IMG/VR virus record: IMGVR_UViG_3300014039_000029
Coordinates: 1-64,000 of that record
Direction: 5' to 3' (one strand)
Length of the DNA stretch: 64,000 bases
Source: a virus
Taxonomy: Duplodnaviria > Heunggongvirae > Uroviricota > Caudoviricetes
Made by a program: the position numbers and the translations under genes
The notes under the pieces: model-generated
What the model was told of the DNA's origin: nothing
What the model saw: only the letters and a program-made list of their open reading frames with translations
Databases searched by the model: none
In this document: piece after piece, positions 8,092 through 17,595 of the stretch
Layout of the letters: each line of letters begins with the position of its first letter
Numbering within the stretch: position 1 is the first letter of the stretch

Positions 8092-10063
8092 GCTTCTCAA
8101 CTTCTGTGGAATCCGAGACCTAGAGGTTAATTTCGGTGAAGACCTCACTGTTATCTTTGGCAGTAATGGGGTGGGTAAGACCACGCTAGCTTCTGCATTA
8201 ACCTACGTCCTCTTCGGCACCGACATCAAAGGCAATGCCCTTGACATTAAGACCTTCGACCGAGACCACAACATTATCCCGGAAATCGCCCATGAAGCAG
8301 AGCTGACGCTTTCTGTAGACGGTGAGGAAACTACCTTGAAGCGTACCCTCTCCGACAAATGGACTGGCAACACATGTACCAACACCTACAAGTATTTCAT
8401 CAACGATGAGGTATGCACCGCAGGCGATTTTAAGAAATGCGTGGATGGCATTTGCCCCGAAGTAACCTTCCGCTTGTGTTCCTCGGCAACAGACTTTGTA
8501 TCTCGCCCATGGGCAGAGCAGCGCAAGTTCTTGCAGCAGTTGGTTCCCGAGATTTCCACCGATGCTATCACCGAGGGCGATGCTAAGTACGATTTCGTCC
8601 TCGAAGCCTTGAAGAAGCAAGACATCGAGAGTCTCTTGTACCACATCAAGTACAAGCGCAGCGAGGTTCAGAAGCAGCTCGATGAAATCCCAGTACGCCT
8701 TCAGGAGCTCAACGAGGCACTGCCCGAAAAGGAAGACTGGGATGCATTGGAGTCGCAGCATGATGCAAAGATTGAGGAGCTGAAAGAGACGCAATCAAAG
8801 ATTAATTCCTTCTCCACAGGTGGAGCAGCCCAAGTCCGCATCCAAGGCATCCGCAAGCAACTGGAGTTTCAGCGCAAGCGCATCGACCAAATGGAAAAGA
8901 GCGCACGCCTCCAGTCTGGTGACGAGGAGGTGAAGCATGGTTCCGACCTTATCACTGCCCGAACCGCCAAGTCCAAGGCAAAAGCCATGGTCGATGAGCT
9001 GCAAGCCAAGATGGACGGATTCACCGATACCGAGATTCACATCAAGCAGCAGCTCGATGAACTTGAAAAGTCTAAGAAGCAGGGCGCCAAGGATTACGAA
9101 GCAGTCTCTGCCGAGCAATGGCATTGGGATGACAGCCTGTCCTTCTGTCCGCATTGTGGTCAGCCTCTCCCTGTGGAGAACGTTTTGAAGATAAAGCGAG
9201 ATTCCGAAGACCGATTCAACAACGACAAGGCAGACCGCTTGAAGAAATTGGTAGTCTTGGCAGGTGACATCAAGGGTAAGCAAGCAAAGCTAAACGAAAT
9301 GTTGGAGCAGTTGCAGGAAGACCGCACCACTATCACCAACCAGCTCACCGAAGCCCACAAGGCTCTCAAGAATGCCGAGTCTCACTATTCCGAGGTTGAG
9401 AAAGAAAATCCAAGAAGCTACACAGAGATTCTCGCAGAGAACGACAACTACAAGAAAGCCATCGAAGAGGCAAACCGATTGGATGAAGAACTGGACAAAC
9501 CTCCTGTTGAGAGTGATGAGGATAGAAAAATACTCGATGAGTTAGAAAGACAATCAGGCTCTATCTCTTTGGACGCACACAGGCTCTACGCTCGCCTATC
9601 CACGAAGCAGCAGTACGACAAGGTTTCTGCCCTCATCGAAGAGCGCAAGAAAAGCAAAGAGACCTATCAGAATCAGCTAGACGAGTTGGACGAGAAGCTA
9701 GACATCGCCACCGACTACTATCAGCATTCTTGCTCACTCCTGGAAGACGAGGTTAACAAGCATTTCGAGTTTGTGCGTTGGTCTCTCTTCAAGACCAATC
9801 TCGATGGCGACAAGAAGCCTTTCTGCGAGTGCTACCACGATGGCGTACCTTACAGCCGTCTCAATGGTGCCGCCAAGGTCAATGCAGGAATCGACATCGC
9901 CTATACCATCGCCCAGTTCTACGATGTGTCCGTTCCGATGATACTCGATGAATGCGAGAGCAACCTCCATCCTATCTACAAGGAAGGTTACCAGCAGATA
10001 AGGCTGTCGGTAAGCCCAGACGAAACTCTTCAAATCAAGTGTTCAGATGGAGCTGAAAACTAA
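8063..10063 (+). CDS. Rad50/SbcC-like SMC-type ATPase with a CxxC zinc hook
   Basis: Likely start MKKILFEKIKLLNF. Walker A GSNGVGKTT, long coiled coils with a central CPHCG hook, then C-terminal Walker B MILDECE and NLH. Confidence 0.7.
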   Translation: MKKILFEKIKLLNFCGIRDLEVNFGEDLTVIFGSNGVGKTTLASALTYVLFGTDIKGNALDIKTFDRDHNIIPEIAHEAELTLSVDGEETTLKRTLSDKWTGNTCTNTYKYFINDEVCTAGDFKKCVDGICPEVTFRLCSSATDFVSRPWAEQRKFLQQLVPEISTDAITEGDAKYDFVLEALKKQDIESLLYHIKYKRSEVQKQLDEIPVRLQELNEALPEKEDWDALESQHDAKIEELKETQSKINSFSTGGAAQVRIQGIRKQLEFQRKRIDQMEKSARLQSGDEEVKHGSDLITARTAKSKAKAMVDELQAKMDGFTDTEIHIKQQLDELEKSKKQGAKDYEAVSAEQWHWDDSLSFCPHCGQPLPVENVLKIKRDSEDRFNNDKADRLKKLVVLAGDIKGKQAKLNEMLEQLQEDRTTITNQLTEAHKALKNAESHYSEVEKENPRSYTEILAENDNYKKAIEEANRLDEELDKPPVESDEDRKILDELERQSGSISLDAHRLYARLSTKQQYDKVSALIEERKKSKETYQNQLDELDEKLDIATDYYQHSCSLLEDEVNKHFEFVRWSLFKTNLDGDKKPFCECYHDGVPYSRLNGAAKVNAGIDIAYTIAQFYDVSVPMILDECESNLHPIYKEGYQQIRLSVSPDETLQIKCSDGAEN

Positions 10064-10253
10064 ATACAACATAGGTGATACCGTCTATATCCTCGTCGAT
10101 TATAAAATCCATCGTGCCAACATCGCAGGCATCGGGATAGACGTAGTAGGCGAGCATAAGACCATCACCTATCGTTTCCCAGTCTTTCCCATGAGGAGGG
10201 AGAATCAATGTTTTAGAACAAAAGAAGAATTAATCAAATTTTTAACTAAATAA
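10047..10253 (+). CDS. Hypothetical protein
   Basis: 68-aa ORF between the ATPase and recT. Confidence 0.35.
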   Translation: MELKTKYNIGDTVYILVDYKIHRANIAGIGIDVVGEHKTITYRFPVFPMRRENQCFRTKEELIKFLTK

Positions 10254-10283
10254 AATTCCTACTATTGTAGGTTCAAAGAAAAA

Positions 10284-11150
10284 ATGGCAACAAATAAGCA
10301 GTTAGCAGTCAAGTCGTTCAACGACACATTAAACAACGCCTATTATCAGGCACAGTTGAAAAGCACCATGAAGGATAATGCAGGAACGTTCGCCACATCG
10401 CTCATGGAGCTGGTAACGTCAGATGAGAAGCTTCTCGCCTGTCCTCCCCAGTTGCTGATGGCAGAGGCGATGAAGGCAGCTTCCCTTCACCTTCCTCTCA
10501 ACAAGCAGCTAGGCTACGCCTACATCGTTCCTTATGGCAACACCCCTACCATGATTATCGGTTACAAGGGTCTCTATCAGCTTGCCATCCGTTCGGGACT
10601 CTACAAGAATATCAATGCCGACATTGTCTACGATGGAGAGTATCAAGGCTACGATAAGATTTCGGGCGAGCTCCATCTTGACGGGGAAAAGACCTCAAAC
10701 AAGGTTGTCGGCTACTTTGCCTTCCTAGAGCTTACCAATGGTTTCCGCAAGATGATGTACATGTCTCTCGATGATATGTGCCAGTACGCACGCAAGTATT
10801 CTGCCACCTTGAAGAACTGCAAGATGACGAACGAGCAGCTTGCGGATATGGCTCAGAAGCAATCCGAGAGCGGTCCAGGCACCAGCGTAGGTTGGTATGG
10901 TAATTTCAACGATATGGCAACCAAGACAGTTCTTCGCCGTTTGCTTTCCAAGTATGGTTATCTATCCATCGAAATGCAGAACGCAATGACCGTGGACGAT
11001 GTACCTACTGCCGAGGAGCAGCGTGATGCCGAGTTTGCCGAGGCTAAGGAGGTGGTTACCGTCGATGCTGAGACAGGAGAAATCAAGCAGCCAGAGTCTA
11101 GTGCTCCCGAAGCCGAGGCGAAAAAGCAAACCGACAACCCTTTCAAATAA
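10284..11150 (+). CDS. recT: RecT-family single-strand annealing protein
   Basis: AYIVPYGN...IIGYKGLYQLAIRSG and the C-terminal MATKTVLRRLLSKYGYLS match RecT hallmarks. Confidence 0.85.
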   Translation: MATNKQLAVKSFNDTLNNAYYQAQLKSTMKDNAGTFATSLMELVTSDEKLLACPPQLLMAEAMKAASLHLPLNKQLGYAYIVPYGNTPTMIIGYKGLYQLAIRSGLYKNINADIVYDGEYQGYDKISGELHLDGEKTSNKVVGYFAFLELTNGFRKMMYMSLDDMCQYARKYSATLKNCKMTNEQLADMAQKQSESGPGTSVGWYGNFNDMATKTVLRRLLSKYGYLSIEMQNAMTVDDVPTAEEQRDAEFAEAKEVVTVDAETGEIKQPESSAPEAEAKKQTDNPFK

Positions 11151-11156
11151 GCCATC

Positions 11157-11884
11157 ATGAAGTTAATTGTTATAGGCTCTTCGTCAGCTGGCAATAGTTA
11201 CTTGCTAGAGGCTACTGATGGGCAGCAGCTCTGTATAGAGGCAGGTCGCCCATTGAGAGAAGTAAAGAAAGTTGCAAATCTCAAAACATCAAAATGCGTG
11301 GGAGTGATTATCAGTCACTCCCACGGCTGAAAGGCGATCATGCGAAATACGCCAAGGAGTTCGTCAAGGCAGGCATTGATGTGTATTCCACACCAAGCCT
11401 ATCCTGCACTACCTGTGGCAGAATCATTCCAATGGTAAAGGAAAAGGTTTTCCAGATTGGCAATTTCTCGGTTACGCCTCTAGAAGTTCAGCACGATGTT
11501 GAATGTTATGCGTACTTGATTCATCATCCAGAGTATGGCTCCATATATTTCTTTACGGATGCCTACAATATGAAGCAAGCTATCCGGGGGTGCAAGTGCT
11601 ATATGTGCGAATGCAACTACGATGACTCTCTCTTGGAGAGAGCCGTTAACGAGGGCAAGACGATAGCAAGTCAAGCCGACCGCATCCGTCTCTCCCACAT
11701 GAGCCTAGCCCATGGCATCCAACTCCTCCAGCAGTGCGAAGCCGAGAAGTCAGCCCATCAGATAATCCTCATCCACGGTTCCTCTCGCCATCTCAATCCC
11801 GAGAAAGCAGTAAGCAAGTTCCAGCAAGTGCTAGGCGTTCCAACGTTCTACGCCAAGGCAGGAATGGAAATCAATCTAATGTAA
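11157..11884 (+). pseudogene. Metallo-beta-lactamase-fold hydrolase or nuclease interrupted by a frameshift in the HxHxDH motif
   Basis: ORF 11157-11333 encodes MKLIVIGSSSAGNSYLL...VGVIISHSHG and stops at TGA. The next ORF (11294-11884) continues ...GDHAKY in a different frame. The zinc-binding motif HSHGDH is therefore split. Confidence 0.55.
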
Positions 11885-11890
11885 ATCAAT

Positions 11891-12322
11891 ATGGCAGTAT
11901 TCAAGAATCTCAACGACCTCCGCACCTACATGTCAGCCTTGAAGGAAATCGACAAGGCGAAAGAAGCAGGTTATAGCTTGGAGATAAAGAAATTTCACCC
12001 AGTGCAGACCGACAAGCAGCAAGCATACATTCATTTCATGCTCAGCTACTTCTCTTGTCGCTACGGACAGACCTTCGTCTCGACCCTTCGGGAGTTACAG
12101 ACCAACATCTGCCCACACATCTTCGAGACAGGCAGGAAAGACGATAATCACAATCCTCTTTATCGCCCCCTCTCATCGCTCAATACCCAAGAGGCGAGCA
12201 GCGTAATCCGCAACTTCCTCGATTACTCCTCCATGGCAGGAATCAATATCCCTACCGAGGACGACAAGGAAGCCATCAGTTACTGCAAGCGAGAGGTAGG
12301 ATCGGCAGGAGGATGGGTATAA
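11891..12322 (+). CDS. Hypothetical protein
   Basis: 143-aa ORF. Confidence 0.45.
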   Translation: MAVFKNLNDLRTYMSALKEIDKAKEAGYSLEIKKFHPVQTDKQQAYIHFMLSYFSCRYGQTFVSTLRELQTNICPHIFETGRKDDNHNPLYRPLSSLNTQEASSVIRNFLDYSSMAGINIPTEDDKEAISYCKREVGSAGGWV

Positions 12323-12346
12323 ACAATTCAAAAAAAATAGAATCTT

Positions 12347-12847
12347 ATGAAGACATTAAAGGAAATCAACGCAGAGTCAAAAAAGTACGCTCCCGATGAT
12401 GAAGGTAAACGAGAAGCCTTCGTTCAAGGAGCACGATATGCTCTCACTGGTCGCTATTACAAGGAGGCTAGTATGTACCCCGACTTAGCAGTGCTAGGAG
12501 AATGCACAATATCGCATGTTGAGGAAGCACCGTCTTTCGAAGACTTCTGGAATGCTTACGACTACAAGAAAGGGCGAAAGAAATCCGAAGAGAAATGGAA
12601 TAGGCTTTCTTTCTCCGAAAAGGTAGCTTGCATGAAAGCCATCCCCGAATACGTGGCATCCACCATCAAGGCAGGACAACCACAAGACAATCGTAATTAC
12701 AAACCATATCGTGCCCATCCGCTCACTTATCTCAATGGCGCAAGGTGGGAAGACGAGATAGAAACACCAACAAGCAATGAACAGCAACGAGCACAGCGCC
12801 TTGCAGAGCGCACGAGAAACCTCATCAATAACGCCTTCCAACAGTGA
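12347..12847 (+). CDS. Hypothetical protein
   Basis: 166-aa ORF. Confidence 0.45.
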   Translation: MKTLKEINAESKKYAPDDEGKREAFVQGARYALTGRYYKEASMYPDLAVLGECTISHVEEAPSFEDFWNAYDYKKGRKKSEEKWNRLSFSEKVACMKAIPEYVASTIKAGQPQDNRNYKPYRAHPLTYLNGARWEDEIETPTSNEQQRAQRLAERTRNLINNAFQQ

Positions 12848-12869
12848 CAGACCGGGCTACATTCGTCCT

Positions 12870-13457
12870 ATGTCCTTCACCGAAGCAATCAACAAGGGCA
12901 ACAAGACGATGCTCACTATTCGTAAGGATGGAGGCTTACAAAATCTCACCGCTTGGGTTATGGGACGGTTGGTAGTGCTCTTTCACTATCTCGGTGCATA
13001 CGATACAGAAGGAGGCGTAACCGACTTTCAGATACAGATGCTAGCGCAACGCATTTGCGCCAAGTATTTCTACCTAACTCCAGGCGAGCTAGATTATTTC
13101 TTTGTTTGCTTCGAGAATGGGCAATACCGCAAGCTCTTCAACAACGGAAAGTCCATAAATCCACAAGACCTTATGATGTCCTTGGTCGATTACGAGAAAG
13201 ACCTGTTGGAGGAACGAGGAAGAGTAGAGGAAGAGAAGAAAAGACAGGAAGAAGCCAAACAAGCCGCCGAAGATGCCAAGAAGCCCCATGGCTTGGAGGC
13301 ATGGAAAAACTATTGTAAGAGCAATGGGCTTGATCCTGCCACCCACAAGCTAGCATCCGTCAAGCTGCACAATGTCAATGAAGAGTTATACGGTACGTCC
13401 GAGCAGCGAGCATCCGCCGAGCACAAGTTTCAACCATTAAGAAAGAAAAAATTATGA
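12870..13457 (+). CDS. Hypothetical protein (K/E-rich C-terminus)
   Basis: ATG at 12870 in the frame of the 12777 ORF. Confidence 0.4.
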   Translation: MSFTEAINKGNKTMLTIRKDGGLQNLTAWVMGRLVVLFHYLGAYDTEGGVTDFQIQMLAQRICAKYFYLTPGELDYFFVCFENGQYRKLFNNGKSINPQDLMMSLVDYEKDLLEERGRVEEEKKRQEEAKQAAEDAKKPHGLEAWKNYCKSNGLDPATHKLASVKLHNVNEELYGTSEQRASAEHKFQPLRKKKL

Positions 13458-13840
13458 GCAGACAAGAAATCGAAATCATGGTCTCAGCCATGATGTTTAT
13501 ACTGGGAATAGTCGTAATCCTCTACGACCGCATCCGATACCGCAAGTATTACGCAAGCCAAGGCAAGCTGATAATCCTTCGCCTCAACAATCCCTACGTT
13601 CGCAGAATCCTCGAAGGCAATCACTTCAACCTATGCGAGTGCGCCTATTACAACACCCATCAATATCTCTTCACGATAGAGGGCGACCGCATCTGTGGTT
13701 TCACCGAAGATTGCACCCATCTGATAGCCGATGCAGTCAAGCACAATCAGGAGGTAGTTGATTGCGGCATCAGCATCAATCGTTTCGTTTACGAGGTTCA
13801 AAAGGCTCAGAAAGAATATAACACGGAGGTAACCCAATGA
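13454..13840 (+). CDS. Hypothetical protein with an N-terminal TM segment
   Basis: 128-aa ORF whose start overlaps the previous stop. Confidence 0.4.
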   Translation: MSRQEIEIMVSAMMFILGIVVILYDRIRYRKYYASQGKLIILRLNNPYVRRILEGNHFNLCECAYYNTHQYLFTIEGDRICGFTEDCTHLIADAVKHNQEVVDCGISINRFVYEVQKAQKEYNTEVTQ

Positions 13841-14011
13841 AACAAGCGATGAAAGCCCTGTTCCTAGACATCATGCTCGATGGCAAGTTCATCTGTACCC
13901 TAAAGTACAAGTACTGCCCATTGTTCACGATTGATTACAACGAACTCTTGAAGTTCGTGGAACAAAAGAGACCGACATTGAAAGGTAAACCATATAATAT
14001 TTGTTTTTAAC

Positions 14012-14206
14012 ATGGAAGAATATAAAGTAGGCGATGAAATCACCTTGGAAGTCGTAGAAGCAAAATACTCAGATGACCGTGCAAGAAAATGTGCTGAATG
14101 CTTCTTCTTTGGGTTATATCCAAACACAGGATGCGCAGCACCATCATGTATGCCTGAAGAGCGTTCAGATGGAAAGAATGTAATATACATTGAGAAAGGG
14201 AAGTAA
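14012..14206 (+). CDS. Hypothetical Cys-rich small protein
   Basis: 64 aa. First member of a tightly packed small-gene cassette. Confidence 0.4.
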   Translation: MEEYKVGDEITLEVVEAKYSDDRARKCAECFFFGLYPNTGCAAPSCMPEERSDGKNVIYIEKGK

Positions 14207-14208
14207 GT

Positions 14209-14604
14209 ATGAAACAGAAATACATAGTTGGTGATTTGGTTAGAATATCATTTATCTCAGATGATAAAATCTTTGAAATTATAGAGGGTGGTACTATAAA
14301 TCCATATATAGCAAAAGATATGGATGGGAAAGAAGCTATAGCGGAAGAACATAGTATAATCCCAATTCCTATTACTCCAGAGATTCTTGAAAAGAATGGG
14401 TGGAAAGTGTATCACAGAGGTACACGTTTTATTTTTATCATTGATGATAACAGCTATATAATTATAGAATGGAGAAATAATGAAGTATTTAAAGCCTTCC
14501 TGTTCAGAGGTGCGAAATATGCAAGACTTATTGATTTGTTGTATGTTCATCAACTCCAACACCTTCTCTTTGGATTAGGTTTAGATAGTGACATGGAAGT
14601 ATGA
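14209..14604 (+). CDS. Hypothetical protein, paralog of ORF 15178
   Basis: Shares IPI(P/L)TPEILEKNGWK and a C-terminal VHQLQHLLF with ORF 15178. Preceded by AAGTAAGTATG. Confidence 0.5.
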   Translation: MKQKYIVGDLVRISFISDDKIFEIIEGGTINPYIAKDMDGKEAIAEEHSIIPIPITPEILEKNGWKVYHRGTRFIFIIDDNSYIIIEWRNNEVFKAFLFRGAKYARLIDLLYVHQLQHLLFGLGLDSDMEV

Positions 14605-14624
14605 AACTAAAGAAAAAAGTAAGT

Positions 14625-14840
14625 ATGTTTGGTATCTATGATGAAGAAATTGAGTATGTAAAAAGAATCCTTGCTTTTGACAAGGAAAAACCTCTAGCAA
14701 TTCCAAAAGGCATTATCCCAAGTGATAAACAGAAATGCCAGCCAAAGGAGCAGCATGAGTTCACCGTCAAGGGTGTGAAAATAATGGCTGCATCTAGAAA
14801 GGATGCTATCAAGAAGTATAATCATCTTAAAGGAAAGTAA
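14625..14840 (+). CDS. Hypothetical protein (alternative start at 14601)
   Basis: Preceded by the conserved AAGTAAGTATG junction. Confidence 0.4.
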   Translation: MFGIYDEEIEYVKRILAFDKEKPLAIPKGIIPSDKQKCQPKEQHEFTVKGVKIMAASRKDAIKKYNHLKGK

Positions 14841-14842
14841 GT

Positions 14843-15175
14843 ATGAATAACAATATTTTTACCTTTGGAAAGTATAAAGGAAGACAAGTTACAAGTATTC
14901 TCAGAGAGAATCCAGAATACTTTGGTTGGTGTAAGAGCAATGTCAAAGGATTCAAATTCTCTAAGCGAGATTATGAGATTTATCTTGAATGGCTTCGTCT
15001 TTGTCAAGACGACCTGCAATTTACAGGCTATGAGAATAGCGATAATAACATAAAATTTCTTTTTCGCCAAGTAAGTTTAGGTGAGTTTGATGATTATTCA
15101 GACAACGAGTTTCTAACAAAAGAAACATGTAAGGAGTATCTTAATGGCAGTAAAGAACATTATTTTAAAAAGTAA
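14843..15175 (+). CDS. Hypothetical protein
   Basis: 110 aa. Preceded by AAGTAAGTATG. Confidence 0.45.
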   Translation: MNNNIFTFGKYKGRQVTSILRENPEYFGWCKSNVKGFKFSKRDYEIYLEWLRLCQDDLQFTGYENSDNNIKFLFRQVSLGEFDDYSDNEFLTKETCKEYLNGSKEHYFKK

Positions 15176-15177
15176 GT

Positions 15178-15501
15178 ATGAATAGAATTGAATATATCCC
15201 AGGAGATTTGGTAAATACATTGTTTGGAATTGCTAAAATAACGAATGTATATAAAGAGGGCAGTTATGATTTTGAAGGTAAAAGTTTCAGTGGTTCTGAT
15301 ACATGTGAACCAATTCCTCTTACTCCAGAGATTCTTGAAAAGAATGGGTGGAAGAAAACTGACGCAACTTGGATTTATAAAAGAGAAGATAGCGTCACAA
15401 TTTTCCGACTTTTAGACGATAAAAGTTATGCCGCATATATAGGAAATATAAGACTTTTAGAATTTCAGTTTGTTCATCAACTCCAGCACCTTCTCTTCTG
15501 A
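15178..15501 (+). CDS. Hypothetical protein, paralog of ORF 14209
   Basis: Preceded by AAGTAAGTATG. Shares 40-nt near-identical DNA blocks with ORF 14209. Confidence 0.5.
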   Translation: MNRIEYIPGDLVNTLFGIAKITNVYKEGSYDFEGKSFSGSDTCEPIPLTPEILEKNGWKKTDATWIYKREDSVTIFRLLDDKSYAAYIGNIRLLEFQFVHQLQHLLF

Positions 15502-15699
15502 TTGGGCTTAAAAACAGAAATGGAGGTATAGGTATGAACCATCTTACAAGACAAGATTTTATTCAACTTAAAAATATGTTATGCTTATATAGCAATCGGT
15601 ATGCAGGTACCAGCACAGAGGCTATGCACATACAAGAGGTTATACGGAGCATAAATAGAAGATTAAACGTTTAACACCTTCGGGCTAAATAGTGAGAAT

Positions 15700-16383
15700 A
15701 TGGAAGAAGAAAAAGTAATAAAGTCCTACAAGGGCTTCGATAAAAATATGCAATGCCAAGGCTTTCAATACGAAGTAGGCAAGGAATATGAAATTGATGG
15801 TGACATTAAATGTTGCAACCGTGGTTTTCATGCTTGTGAGTCACCTTTGGAAGTTTTCGACCATTACAATATGCTTAACTCTCGTTTCGCCGAGGTTGAG
15901 CAATCTGGTAAAATTGACAAAGAATATAAATCAACAAAAGTTTGTTCTTCTCGCATCAAGGTTAAGGCAGAGCTGAAACTTGCTGACATTATCAATATAG
16001 GTATTGAGTGGTTGAAAGATATTACCTCACCATCTAAGGTAAATAAATCAACAGACTTGAATGATAATGGTGGTTACTCTGCTAAGACTGGTTCAAGCGG
16101 TGACTATGCTCAGATTGGTTCAAGCGGTTACTCTGCTAAGATTGGTTCAAGCGGTGACTATGCTCAGATTGGTTCAAGCGGTTACTCTGCTAAGATTGGT
16201 TCAAGCGGTTACTCTGCTAAGATTGGTTCAAGCGGTGACTCTGCTCAGATAAATAGCACTGGCGAAGATTCTGTAATCATGTGTGCAGGTAATGATTCCA
16301 TTGCAAAAGCGAAAGTTGGTTCTTGGATAACACTTGCTGAGTGGGTATGGGATGATAAGAAAGAAGCGTTCCTAAGTGTGTAA
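15700..16383 (+). CDS. Hypothetical protein with an N-terminal Cys/His-containing domain and 9-aa tandem repeats
   Basis: N-terminus YKGFDKNMQCQGFQYEVG...CCNRGFHACE. Seven units of [GYSAKIGSS]/[GDYAQIGSS]. Confidence 0.6.
   Translation: MEEEKVIKSYKGFDKNMQCQGFQYEVGKEYEIDGDIKCCNRGFHACESPLEVFDHYNMLNSRFAEVEQSGKIDKEYKSTKVCSSRIKVKAELKLADIINIGIEWLKDITSPSKVNKSTDLNDNGGYSAKTGSSGDYAQIGSSGYSAKIGSSGDYAQIGSSGYSAKIGSSGYSAKIGSSGDSAQINSTGEDSVIMCAGNDSIAKAKVGSWITLAEWVWDDKKEAFLSV
16072..16260 (+). repeat. Seven in-frame 27-bp tandem repeats inside ORF 15700-16383
   Basis: Units GGTTACTCTGCTAAGATTGGTTCAAGC and GGTGACTATGCTCAGATTGGTTCAAGC alternate in the order A B A B A A B'. Confidence 0.85.
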
Positions 16384-16519
16384 AGACAGAGTATGTTGAT
16401 GGTGAACGTATCAAGGCAGATACTTGGTATCAACTCAAAAATGGGAAGTTTAAAGAAATAACAGATTAACTAACCACCTCTCCTTGGTGACAGCAGGGAG
16501 GGGGTGAATAGAAAGAGAT

Positions 16520-16828
16520 ATGAGTGCAATAGAATTTGGAAAATGTGATATTTGTGGGAAAGAGACCTATCTATCACGTACATATTTTAGATACAGAATT
16601 GGTGGATGTACTTGTTGTGGCTGCACGTTAAGTGATGGTACAAAAGGACATTTTGAGGTAGTCCATCATTGTAATAAGTGTATTCCTCGTTTACCAACAG
16701 TTATTCATCCATTGTTCAAAGCTTTAGATGGAAAGACTTACAGAGCGAACATTACGAATGTTTTGCCATTTGAAATTGAGGGAAAATTTCTCATTGAAGA
16801 ACCTGTAATTAAGGAGGACAAACAATGA
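16520..16828 (+). CDS. Hypothetical Cys-rich (zinc-ribbon-like) protein
   Basis: CDICGKE...CTCCGC...HHCNKC. Confidence 0.45.
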   Translation: MSAIEFGKCDICGKETYLSRTYFRYRIGGCTCCGCTLSDGTKGHFEVVHHCNKCIPRLPTVIHPLFKALDGKTYRANITNVLPFEIEGKFLIEEPVIKEDKQ

Positions 16829-17214
16829 ATCGTGATGAAGCAAAGCAGCTGTTGCCTATTATTAAGGCATTCAGTGAAGGGAAAGAGATAGAAAGACGCT
16901 CTTTCGGTGAGAAACAATGGAAAGAAGCTAACTATATTGTACATACTGATTGTAATGAGTATCGCATCAAGCCCTCACCTAAGTACCGTCCTTTTGCCAA
17001 CGCAGAGGAGTGTATGCAAGAGATGTTGAAGCACCAACCTGTGGGATGGTTAAAACAAAAAGTAAGCAAAGTAATATATTGTATTGGAAGCTGTGATATA
17101 GAAAATATTTATGTTGGTACAACCACAAAAATACATGCTTATAATAAAGCCTTAGATGAGTTCACCTTCTATGATGGTTCAGTCTTCGGTGTTAAAGAAG
17201 AAAGCGAGGGTTGA
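16825..17214 (+). CDS. Hypothetical protein
   Basis: 129-aa ORF. Confidence 0.45.
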   Translation: MNRDEAKQLLPIIKAFSEGKEIERRSFGEKQWKEANYIVHTDCNEYRIKPSPKYRPFANAEECMQEMLKHQPVGWLKQKVSKVIYCIGSCDIENIYVGTTTKIHAYNKALDEFTFYDGSVFGVKEESEG

Positions 17215-17394
17215 GTATGGCATGGATAGCAGTAGATAAAAATGGTGATGAATACATCTATGAGAAGAAGCCTCTTAGAAGTGCCATGGGGTACTGGAAA
17301 CCAATACCTCATGATTATGAGGATAGAGACTCTGATTACTTGGAACTTCCAAAAGGTTCAATCAAGAAGCTTATAGGTAGATAGCTAAGCTGGA

Positions 17395-17595
17395 GTGATG
17401 AATGTGTTGAGCTTGAAGAAGAGTGATATGAAAGAAACAGGTTGGGTATTTATTGCATCAGCGATAGTATTAACATCACTTTTAACTCCAAGTACTGTAG
17501 GTGAGTACTTTGGCGATGTTTATGCTTTACCCATATTAATTATAGAGCTAATAATTATTGGGGTTCTTTTAATTAAATTTAGAAATAAGATATGA
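17395..17595 (+). CDS. Small membrane protein (two TM segments)
   Basis: 66 aa with two hydrophobic helices. Confidence 0.35.
   Translation: MMNVLSLKKSDMKETGWVFIASAIVLTSLLTPSTVGEYFGDVYALPILIIELIIIGVLLIKFRNKI

Noticed and set aside
8198-9369. Several minus-strand ORFs inside the Rad50-like gene
   Set aside because: They are antisense shadows of a well-supported ATPase ORF.
16061-16252. ORF with the MIMVVTLLRLVQAVT... repeat
   Set aside because: This is the alternate frame of the 27-bp tandem repeats. The in-frame reading belongs to ORF 15700-16383.
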